Assembly (NCBI GenBank): GCA_043228905.1
Contig: JBHGNT010000017.1
Span: forward strand, 12,896,001 to 12,960,000
Direction of reading: 5' to 3'
DNA from: Azolla caroliniana
Lineage: Eukaryota; Plantae; Polypodiophyta
Length of the DNA: 64,000 nt
Shown: positions 35,201-45,993 of the stretch, in pieces
How positions within the stretch are numbered: position 1 is the first letter of the stretch
How the letters are laid out: each line of letters begins with the position of its first letter
Translations under genes and position numbers: made by a program
The notes under the pieces: generated by a model
Databases searched by the model: none
Told to the model about the DNA's origin: nothing
Seen by the model: the letters and a program-made list of their open reading frames with translations, nothing else

Positions 35201-38200
35201 GTAAAGAAATTTTGAAGGATATGAACATCAAAACAAAGCATCTAGATACATTCTTGGAGTTCAGCATATCAACTTACTGCTTTGCCATCTTTTAAGAGAA
35301 TTTGTTGCACATTAGCTTTGTAAATAATCTTTCCACCACTTTCAATTAAGCCGTCAGCAAGCTGCTCTGGTATGCCTCCTACACCTCCAACAGGATAGTT
35401 AATCCCACCATAATGTCTATCACACATTACCTGAATTTAACACAAACCAGAAAACAAGAATAAAGGAATATAGATGACTCCATATTTATCTTCTCATAAA
35501 CATGAGTTAATTACCATGCTTGCATTGATCATCGGTGTACGGCAAGCATCCACAGTGCTTACAATGAAACACTGTAAATCACCCAGTAAACTGCAAATCA
35601 TGGTCAGTCCTTTTTACCAGAAATTTCCCTCCCTTCCTCTCTTCGTCCCTCCCTCCTCAAGATTGGCACTTATGTCATGGAAATAGCTTGCAGAACAGGG
35701 AGATACTCATTAATGGTATGCTAAAGTGCAAGAACAGTTCCAATCAAATGACATAAATATAAATGCACTACCGTCATTCGAATATAGATTGGATAGTCCT
35801 CGCTTGGACATGAACAAAGTGGAAAAGAATTAGAGTGATCCAATCACACGACATAAATATAAATGCACTGCCCTCATTCTAATATAGATTGGATCGTCCT
35901 CACTTGGACATGAGCAAAGTGGAAACGAATTAGAGTGACCATATCAATATCATGAAAACATGAAAACATGTGGATCAGCATAAATCTACTGTCAATGAGC
36001 ATCTGGACCTGCCGAACCTGCCATGGAACAGCACTATCAAGGTTGTACACCTCAACACCGTTTGCTATTTCAAACCATACTCTGAGTCATTCAAAACATA
36101 CAAAACCCAGGACATACTGGATCCACTCATCCTCATTGGGGCCTACAACAGCAGGTCATCAACTGGGGCTATTATGCCATGGCAGCCATCATGGTGGAGG
36201 TTAGCAGGGTCAGTTCCAACAAGTTGTGCAAAACCTTTTCCAAAGGTTTGGCATAATCCACAAGGGCAAAGAGCCAAGAACCACCTGCCTGTTGAAGCGC
36301 CAGCAGAAGTACCCCTGCTGACCATGCAATCCATCTCCATCACCTCCACCTCCCCAGCAGCTGAGCTGCCACAGAAGAAGCAGCTGATTCACATCACTAG
36401 AGCCTTGGCAAAACGCCTCTCTGGCTCCTTACCCCAATCTCCCTGTCGACCACGCAGCCACCCTCACCACAGTATCCCATCACCCGCTAGCCCAGGATAC
36501 ATCCGCAGCCACCACAAGGATCACCTCCATCTCGCCCATGGCAGTGGCAGCTGGTAGTGGCAGCCATTCACAAGCAAGCAGCTGCCACACCTGAGGACCA
36601 GTAGTATTGAGTGGCAGAGGTGCAAAATGAGACAGCGGCAGCAGAGTCCATCCCCATCAAGGAACACTCACAGCTGCCCAGCAACTAGCATACGAAGGTT
36701 CCAGTCTGGTCATGATGAGAATGGAGGTCCAGTACAGCCCAAACACAAAAATGTCACCCCAGCCCCAGAGGTACTCCCAGTCACACATCATTTGCCAAAA
36801 ATTATTATGATGGGTGGAACCACCGCGGGACAAATTCTATTTGATGGCAGACAAACAAACGTCAAAGCAAGCTATCTCAACCTCAGCCAGATTTATAAAG
36901 ACAATTTGGAAAAGCTCCTGCCCCAGCAGACCACCAACTTGGCCGCACCTTTTGATTCCGTCATGTGCAAGCAATCACCTACTGCCCCAACAAACAAAGG
37001 CAGCAGCAGACACTAAGTGACACCAAATCATCAGGCTTACAGAGGAGCTCAGATCTGGACTGGCCAAGAAGGAACATAGGCTCCAAGAGATAACAATACA
37101 TCCCATGAAAGCCGAAGCACAGTAGCCGACTCTCAGCTTGAGCAGTTCGAGGTGTCTGAGCACCAAAGCAGACAGTTACATAGGTGATCACACTCATCAA
37201 ACATGTTTAGACCCTTGCCAAGCAGTTCATGACCGCAGAAAGAGAGGCTGCAACCAAAGACTCGAAGCTACAGTCTCCCAATAACGAGTGGAGGAGATGA
37301 AGCAGAAACTCCACAACAACCAATGGGACTGCACAATGGGTAGGATGAGCAGAGAATTACCACAAATGCTTTTATACCACCCATGACCTTCAGGGACAAC
37401 TTTACAGAAGACCCTGCAGTCCCTAATCATTTGTGTCACAGTGCTGGAAGAGGAAGGTCAGGAACTATCAGTCAAATAAGGTCAGCAATAAGCTTGTGGA
37501 TGTCAGAGAGTCCAGAGCTGTCATTGATGCTGCAAGAGCAGTCAAAGCACAGCCATCCCGGCGGCATTACAGCCCAAAGGCCTGTAGTTCCACTTAGTAG
37601 GAAGATGGCCCACTATCATACACTCTTTTTACACGTGTCACGTGATGGATTTACCATCAGAGCCTGTTAAATGGATACATGTCCTTTTATGCTTTTACGT
37701 GATATATTCTATACTATGATATATCAGTTCCGACCTCTTCACCTGAGTTAGATATTGAGACTAGGAAATTTGCATGCAAAGCTATGAAGGAGAAAGTGTT
37801 TACCAATTGTGCCATCCAGATCTGCAATCCCAGAATGCTTTTATAAAATTAGGGGTCAATACCACAGCCTCAACGAGGCTTTGTTCAGTCAGAGGCTACA
37901 TAAGTAGGGTGTCAACCACAAACATTAAAAAGGAGTTATAACAGCTCAGGAAATTGCATTTGTGATGCATTTACACCACAGCCCTGATAACATTTGTATC
38001 AACAAATCAAGGCCATTATCGAAAGAGACCAAAAGTTCTTTCCTAGCTTCAAGACATCTCTAACTTGGATTGGCCCATGTCGGAGATCTTTTGAAGGCAG
38101 AAGTCTCAAATCATCTAAGCTCACAACTTAGATGCTTAGCTAATAAGGAATCTAGTACCTTGGGCATTATTATTAATCAAGCTACCTTTATTTTGGTTTG

Positions 38201-39896
38201 TTGTTCTCCGAGATGAGATGACATATCATTTTAAGATATTATCACTCGTTTGGTATCATAGACCATTTTTTGCCTCTAAAAAGCACATATAGTATGTCAT
38301 TCTTTCTTTCTCCCTCTCCCTCAGCCTCTCCATCATAATAAAAACATTTGCGTCCACATATGAGGGACAACATTTCATACCTCTGCATCAATGAATGACA
38401 AGAGTTCTGGATCTTTGATATACTTGCGTGCAATATCTCCAGCATTTTGCGGCAGATAGAAAGCTGCCCACAGAAAGAGAATCGCCATGATTTTGAGAGA
38501 CCAACATGCTGGATGCATAACAATATTGAAAGAAAAATGTCTTCCTCAGAGAAAAGCAGTTACCAAGAGTAAGGCATGCTAACGGATTCTTGAAGAATTG
38601 GCCAAAAAGATAAAGGGGCTCCTCCAATGACTTCAATTCCAGAGCATTCAACGCATTATATACCTGTTCATCAATTTATTTATTCTCACGCTGAATCAGA
38701 AATCCAACTTACAGGTTAAATAAAACACCGCAACTTTTTATCAAGAAGTCTATACCTTCCAGCATTCTCCATAGAAACCACGAATGCCATCTGCTTCATG
38801 TGGAAATCTACTGTTAAGTTCGTCAATGAAATCTTCGTAATCCCTATGAACAAGTATGGATAAACCATTGGGCATATGGTAATGCACAGTTGTTGGGTCT
38901 GGTATCAGTTCCAATTTTCGACCAACAGCCGCCAAAGCCTTTGTAATGAGGTTGATGGACCCCTTTCCAAGCAAACAAAAACGTTTCGCGTAGTATCAGG
39001 GCTCAAGGAAACTGGTGACGAACTGTAGTTTTATCTCTTTGGCCAAATTTTTGCCTTATCTAAAACAGTAAAACTGTTCCACCTCTAAAGAAAAGTATAC
39101 TTGCAGTGGAATTTAGCAGAACATTCATACGGTTTGTGTACACAAAACTGTCTTTTTCATGGAATTTAGCTTGATTCATTGAAAAATAACGTTTTTAGTA
39201 TGCCTTTTTGCATACCGTATGCAGGAGCATGCATCATCAAATGAACGTGCAATAAAATTCTACATGCTTCTCTAGACAAAACCTACGTTTTTCACAGAGA
39301 CAAAAAACTCGGTTCATATGTTTCAAAAAAGCACCAACAACTTTCAAAAGAAAAAGATCTTAAGTTGCTTTTGCCAAAATAAAAAACTTCATAGAGAGAA
39401 ATGATGTGTTTTTGGGGGAGAGGAAGACACAAAACTCTACCTTATCTCCGCATCCAAACATAACAGAAGACCCGACATCAAAGGTATATCCATCACGGCG
39501 ATAGAATCCCGAGCTACCACCAGGAATGATGTACTTCTCAAGCAAGAGTACACGAGCACCTTTTATGGCCAATTGGGTGGACGCAACAAGGCCACCAATC
39601 CCGGACCCGATGACGATAACATCATGTTCTTCATCTTCCCTGGTTTCAGATAAGGGGGCAGCCATAGAGATTGTCCGATCGGTGGTAGCCCTGCACAGAC
39701 GACATTTCTGAGGGTCATGAGGTCTGGTCCGCAGTGTGAGAGCGAGTGTGAGATCCTTATTGCTGTTGAAGAAGATGGAATGTTTCGAGGGGGGATGCAT
39801 TGAAGAGGAAGGTTTCCATGGCGGCCTTGAGCAGAGAGGAGTGGTCTTCTGGGGTGAGAGGATATTGCAGCCGTGATGAAGAACACATGCCATCAT
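32266..39896 (-). CDS. CRTISO: Carotenoid (prolycopene) isomerase, chloroplast precursor, 13 exons, 608 aa
   Basis: Exons 39441-39896, 38756-38962, 38564-38663, 38381-38463, 35515-35571, 35278-35430, 33867-33945, 33612-33760, 33302-33436, 32830-32943, 32635-32745, 32425-32533 and 32266-32339. All introns are GT-AG; total 1827 nt in frame. FAD motif [47 protein letters not shown]; Ser/Pro-rich transit-like N-terminus. Confidence 0.96.
35740..35940 (+). repeat. 100-bp tandem duplication in CRTISO intron 4
   Basis: caatca...gacataaatataaatgcact...agaattagagtga repeated with period 100. Confidence 0.85.
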
Positions 39897-39965
39897 GGGC
39901 GGCTTCTCTGTCTTTTCTTCACGCTAACAAAACAAGCAAGAAGGAAGAAGCAAAGCGAGTTTTGA

Positions 39966-40028
39966 GGATGGATGGATGGATGGATGGATGGATGGATGGA
40001 TGGATGGGATGGGATGGGATGGGATGGG
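39966..40028 (+). repeat. (GGAT)n/(GGGAT)n microsatellite upstream of the CRTISO ATG
   Basis: Directly visible. Confidence 0.95.
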
Positions 40029-40539
40029 ACAGACACATCCATCAATCATGACTGCTCGTGACTAACTACTACCAAATATTAAAGAGGCCAAAGTGAGGGA
40101 ATCGCGGAGAGGGACGGTGCAGGTCACATCGTTGATGGCGCGTTCGATCTCTACCGTCCAAGATGGATAAAAAGCTGACAACGTCTGTCAGAAGGAGCCC
40201 GACTCTGCGAAAAGGAGCCCGACTCTGCCACAGGGAGCCCGACTCTATCAAAAAGGAGCCCCGCTGTCAGACAGCCTATGCAAGAGGGAGCCCGACTCTG
40301 TCAGAAGGAGCCCCGCTGTCAGATCACATCAGTAAGAAGGAGCCCGACTCTGTCAAAAGGAGCCCGACTCTGTAGCAACAAACATCAAAAACTCCACAAA
40401 ATTGTAAGTGTACAACAAATATTTTCCATGAAACTAACCATAAAATTTCTCAAAAAAACGTAAAGGTTCAAATAACAAGTCTTACATAAAATATTAAAAT
40501 GTCAGATGTTGACAACCCTAAATTGAAATATACATATTA

Positions 40540-41660
40540 AGATTATGGCTCATGTCGGGATGATTGCAAGATGCAACCACAATTTTTACAACATGTAACA
40601 TTTGAGTCCCTTGAAGTCAAGGTCAAGCCATCGCAACGCAAACACCGAACCTTCTCATGGTCAACCAATGGCAATCTCTCCTAGCCCGACTAGCACCTCT
40701 TTGTAATTTTCCGGAGTGGGATTTGGAAGTGTTTGGGGAGCTGCCAATAAGTTCTTGCGAGATGTCTATTGTTGCACGAGATGTCTATTGTTGCTGCCAA
40801 TAAGTTCTTGCGAGATGTCTATTTTCGACATACCTTTCCAATATTCTCTCTGCTTCTTTAAGTCGAGACCTTTGATCCCTACAATTCGCACGAGGTGCAA
40901 ACCGACCACTCTCACATATTTCTTGTCGTTGCTTGTACCACTCTATTACCGTTCCTCCTATGCAAGTGCCAGTTTCACTGTCCCCGATTAAGACATGTAG
41001 AAGGTCGGTAATTAATCGGTTTATTCTTCCCCTCAAGGCAGTATACTTGATAAACTGCCAATGTCTTTCCACAATATTGGTAGTGTCAACATGTCCATAG
41101 TTGAACATTCTACCAAACTTGGGCCAGAGTTTCCTCCACACACATGTCAAACCACAAATGTGTTTGGGACCGTTGCCCATTTACAACAATCCAAGATTGA
41201 CGGTCTGTTGCAACCACATTAGTTATGGCATTATATGACGTCCAACATTTATCGATCACTATCGCATTTGGCCTCACCATGGGCATCCTTGCGAATATGA
41301 CTCTCAAACAAGTTTCTAATGCCACTTGCTCATGGTTTGACCCCTTATCAGAACTACAAAGCATGTACCATAATGGGATCCCAATTCCCATGGCATTGGG
41401 GGCAACTGCGGCATATAATGGTAGCCCAAATTGGTTTGTTTTAAATGTCGAGTCGATTGCCCAAGAGTTGTTTAGGGTCAACCGCTCACACATTTCCAAC
41501 ATCCATTGATCTTGAAGTATCAAGATAAATGGTTGTATGGCGGGAGATCCTGGTTCACCATGCAGGTAGGGTTGAACATGTGCCACTTTCCCAAGATCTC
41601 GGAGTGCATAGGCATGATGCAAGATCAAAGCCCAATCAACCTTAGTCATGGCACTCCCGA
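40540..41660 (-). pseudogene. MULE DDE transposase remnant
   Basis: WAIDSTFKTNQFGLPLY, RPNAIVIDK and TTNIVERHWQFIK motifs; C-terminal CxxC...CxxC. N-terminus absent, frameshift or deletion, and a 53-bp internal duplication. Confidence 0.85.
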
Positions 41661-41679
41661 TTTTTAACCTTAGTCATAA

Positions 41680-42440
41680 GATTGACATTGAGTCTTATTA
41701 TGTCTTTGAAATGGATTGACATTGAGTCTTATTTATGTCTTTGAAATGGATTGACATTGAGTCTTATTTATGTCTTTGAAATGGATTGACATTGAGTCTT
41801 ATTTATGTCTTTGAAATGGAATGACATTGAGTCTTATTATGTCTTATTATGTCTTTGAATTGGATTGACATTGAGTCTTATTATGTCTTTGAAATGGATT
41901 GACATTATGTCTTACTATGTATTCTTTACGTAAGGACCGAAGCACTCTTTCTATATACTTACTCTTTATTGGCCTTTCTCAAAAACCATTGCCTTCACTA
42001 CTTGTCAATAAGCTATTAGTCTTATTCTTTTGACACCCAAAACAATTCCAATATACAACCAAAATGATTTTCATATACAACCAAAATGAGATTCATACAC
42101 AACCAAAATGAGATTCATATACAACCAAAATGCGATTCAAAAATTGATTCATATTCAACCAAGATGAGATTCATATACAACCAAAATGAGATTCAAAAAT
42201 TGATTCATATTCAACCAAGATGAGATTCATATACAACCAAAATGATTTACATTGAGTCATATACAACCAAAATGATTTACATTGAGTCATCTACAACCAA
42301 AATGATTTACATTGAGTCATATACAACCAAAATGATTTACATTGAGTCATCTACAACCAAAATGATTTACATTGAGTCATCTACAACCAAAATGAGATTC
42401 ATATACAACCAAAATGATTTACATTGAGTCATATACAACC
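41680..42440 (+). repeat. Two minisatellites inside the MULE (~35-bp attgacattgagtctta... and ~30-bp tacaaccaaaatga...)
   Basis: Tandem units visible at 41680-41910 and 42050-42440. Confidence 0.9.
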
Positions 42441-42459
42441 ATTGCAAAATGACTCCACG

Positions 42460-43190
42460 TAGTCATATGCCCAAAGTCCTTCGTGCCCATTTTGCCATGA
42501 TTTTCCGAAGGAGCTCCACGTCTTCGAATCCAAACCATTGCTCCTTACCCTACAATTGAAGATGCCATCAACAAAAACAAAAACAAATGCTCAAATTCAA
42601 ATCTCATAAATACTTACAAATTGATCGGACTCAAATCCTTGAATCAACTCCTCGACCAACATGCGAATAGTTTGCATCACGTAATACCCACAATCGGTCC
42701 AATTAGGTTGGGTTGGGATACGCAATTCATGGAATTGCCTGTTGTTGATGATGCAATGGTCATGTGTCCGACTCGAGATATGTCGTATAGCCAAATCACC
42801 CAATGTCCGCACCCTGGTAGTCGGATGAATATTTAGTGGATCACAAAATATAATTGGGCTCCTCACCTTGGCATCGAGACCCGTAGGAGTTTGTCGCATC
42901 TTCAACCAAAGCACCCAATGCCCTGCGTTCAATATTGGAATGAAGACATAATCCCTTTCAGGAACACGAGTGAGTACGTCTTTGACCTTATCGCCTTGGC
43001 CTTCTAGTTGTACCCATAGCGGATCCACAATATGAAACCGCTTGTTGATCTCGGGGGGCAGCGAGTACTCCATCCATAAATGGAAGAGGGTTATCATCCA
43101 TGTGGATGCCATCTCCCCTACTGTGATCAACGAACATAGTTGTATCTCCGACAAGAAGACCGCTACATCCAGTCGTCTGCATGCCACCTG
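42460..43190 (-). CDS. Ulp1/peptidase C48 (SUMO protease-like) exons of the MULE
   Basis: VFIPILNAGHWVL (His), IIFCDPL (Asp), PTQPNWTDCGYYV (Gln, Cys). A GT donor after FESDQF leads to a probable last exon near 42460-42550. Confidence 0.82.
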
Positions 43191-43274
43191 ATACCTGTTT
43201 ATTAGGCTAGATTAGTAACTACTAAACAAACATGATGTTAACTATTGATATCATGCCCCCCGCATAACAACATA

Positions 43275-43985
43275 CCTGGTGAACTTATTTCTTGCAGAGT
43301 TATCCCATGTTTTCGAGATTGTCCCTGGACCAACAAAGACAATCCCAATGTCTGCATCCTCATCTATCTTTCGTATTCGCTGAAGAATGATGTGGCTGTA
43401 CTCCTCATGGAGGTCGATTGCTCTTCTTCGTCTATCTTTAGCCCCCGAGGCAGTATTACATGGATGCCATGTGCCTTCTGTAAATGGGCCTCCATGTCCG
43501 CTTTTTTTCGAAACCATCTCCCCTCTTTTCTACACGAATCTCCCACAATACAGGTGCGACATTTGATACCTGTTGAGTCTCTTCCACACTTGAAGAGGGA
43601 CATAGGGTCCACTACAACAATGGTGTCACATTTGCATTAGAAAAACCCAAAATATGCTTACATCAATAATGATTATAAGAATGGACATAAACTCACCATT
43701 TACTTTGATATCTTCAACACCTGGACCCACGTCATGCATGGGGTTCGTATCCATGCTCGAGTCTTGAGTAATGATGTTTTCAGCCTCCGTATCATTGGAT
43801 TTGGGGCACCTAACACCCTTTCTTACATAAACCCTAAACCAACATTCAAGTTAGCACACAAACATTATTATTTATACACAATATAAAGTAGAGAAATGAT
43901 TCATGCCATACCTCCCTTCATAGGGTATTGTTTCACCCCAATCTGCATCAAAGTCTATGAAGATCTTGGACCGACTAGCCATCTG
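43275..43985 (-). CDS. Probable upstream exons of the MULE cargo gene, including a C2H2-like zinc finger
   Basis: CIVGDSC...RWFRKKADMEAHLQKAH in ORF 43364-43612; short GT-AG-bounded segments. Exon model not resolved. Confidence 0.5.
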
Positions 43986-44184
43986 TACAAAACATTTTTA
44001 GAAAGGCATTCATTACATTACTATTATTTAGGGAGAAAAAACGCAAAGAATGTATACAAGATTTTAGATTTGACATTCAAATGTGGGCATAAAAAAGAGC
44101 CCAATAATGCATGAATCACATGGGCAAATTCAAGCATTCAAATGTTGGCATTTAAATGACATTCAAATGTTGGCAAAATCAAAA

Positions 44185-44962
44185 TCATACATGTATTCAA
44201 TCATACACAGCCCATGGGAGATCTTAAATGCACACATACATGTATTAAATCACAGCCTATAGAAGATCTTAAATACACACAAACATGTATTCAATCATAC
44301 ACATGCACACACATTCGCAGCCCATGGAAGATCTAAAATACACAAATACATGTATTCAATCATACACATGTATACACACACATTCCCAAATAAATGTATT
44401 CATCATACAACAAACACACACATTCACAGCCCAAAGAAGATCTTAAATACACACATACATGTATTCAACCATCACACACACAAATGTATTCAATCATACA
44501 CACACAGAAATGTATTCAATCATACACATGTATACACACACATTCCCAAATAAATGTATTCAATCATACAACAAACACACACATTCACAGCCCAAAGAAG
44601 ATCTTAAATACACACATACATGTATTCAACCATCACACACACAAATGTATTCAATCATACACACATACATGTATTCAATCATACACACACAGAAATGTAT
44701 TCAATCATACACATGTATACACGCACATTCCCAAATAAATGTATTCAATCATACAACAAACACACACATTCACAGCCCAAAGAAGATCTTAAATACACAC
44801 ATACATGTAACCCTAAACCCATCACACACACAAATGTATTCAATCATACACACACAGAAATGTATTCAATCATACACACACATACATGTATTTAATCATA
44901 CACATACACACACAAATGTATTGAATCATACACACATACATGTATTTAATCATACACACATT
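44185..44962 (+). repeat. Low-complexity tandem repeat (tgtattcaatcatacacac; higher-order ~160-bp units)
   Basis: Directly visible; probably intronic within the MULE gene. Confidence 0.9.
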
Positions 44963-45573
44963 TATGGTACCTATTAGAAGCAACCCTAAACCTAATAGAA
45001 AGAATATGATACCTAATAAAAACCAAAACCTAATAGAATGAATATGATGCCTACCTTTGGACTGCAGGTGCTCGCAGTGCCTCACCGGAGATGTTTGCAA
45101 CGAGTGCTCGCAGACAGGTGGTGCGCCTCGCTCAAAAACCCTAAACCCTCAAACCCACGAATGACAGAAAATGACAGAAAATGGGTTTTTATACTTCCTT
45201 GAACATGAATGAGAAGGGCTCCCTTTTGACAAAATGGAGCCATTCTTTAATGAGTCGGGCTCCAAGGGAGCCCTTCTTTAATGAGTCGGGCTCCATTTTG
45301 CCTGAATGGGTTTTTATACTTCCCTGAACATGAATGAGAAGGGCTCCCTTTCACAAAGTGGAGCCCTTCTTTAATGAGTCGGGCTCCATTTTGTATGAGC
45401 CGGGCTCCCTTTTTACGTGGCGCGCTTTTTCGCGCCTATTCCACATCCATCTTGGACGGTGGAGATCGAACGCGCCATCAGCAGTGCGACCTGCACCGTC
45501 CCTCTCCGCGATTCCCTCACTTGGCCTCTTTAATATTTGGTAGTAGTTAGACACCACGATCATGACTATAATA

Positions 45574-45760
45574 ATGTATGTAAAGTATTTACATATCATA
45601 ACAATAGCTCATGTCTATGAGAATCTGTATATGTATGTATGGATGTATGTAAAGTATTTATTACATTTCATAGCAATAGCTCATGTCTATGAGAATCTGT
45701 ATATGTATGTATGGATGTATGTAAAGTATTTATTACATTTCGTAGCAATAGCTCATGTCT
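45574..45760 (+). repeat. ~70-bp tandem repeat x2.5
   Basis: atgtatgtaaagtattta...caatagctcatgtctat repeated. Confidence 0.8.
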
Positions 45761-45937
45761 ATTTGCTACTACCAAATCATAATGAGGCATGGCGAGCGAA
45801 TTGCGGCCACAGACGATATAGAGCACGTGCAATCTGCATCGTTAAATCCGGTGCTTTATCTAAAAAAGTATGAGAGTTTTTGGTAGCGCATTTATGATAA
45901 ACTCTCTGACGGTAATAGCCCGACAGACTCAAGGTAG

Positions 45938-45948
45938 TGTCACGACAA

Positions 45949-45993
<45 letters not shown>

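Larger units (their letters stand above)
40054..45558 (-). mobile_element. Mutator-like DNA transposon (MULE) with Ulp1 protease cargo
   Basis: 9-bp TSD ATCATGACT at 40045-40053 and 45559-45567. TIRs of ~110 bp (ctaactactaccaaatattaaagaggcc... / ...ggcctctttaatatttggtagtagttag), extended by inverted subterminal ggagcccgactc repeats. Confidence 0.92.

Noticed and set aside
41680-42440. CRISPR-like array
   Set aside because: Head-to-tail repeats without unique spacers, no cas genes, and a eukaryotic context.
44350-44977. His/Thr-rich ORFs
   Set aside because: Translation of a CA-rich tandem repeat.
40062-45550. CACTA or TA-TSD transposon reading of the termini
   Set aside because: A 9-bp direct repeat equidistant from both TIR cores and MULE transposase motifs fit Mutator better.
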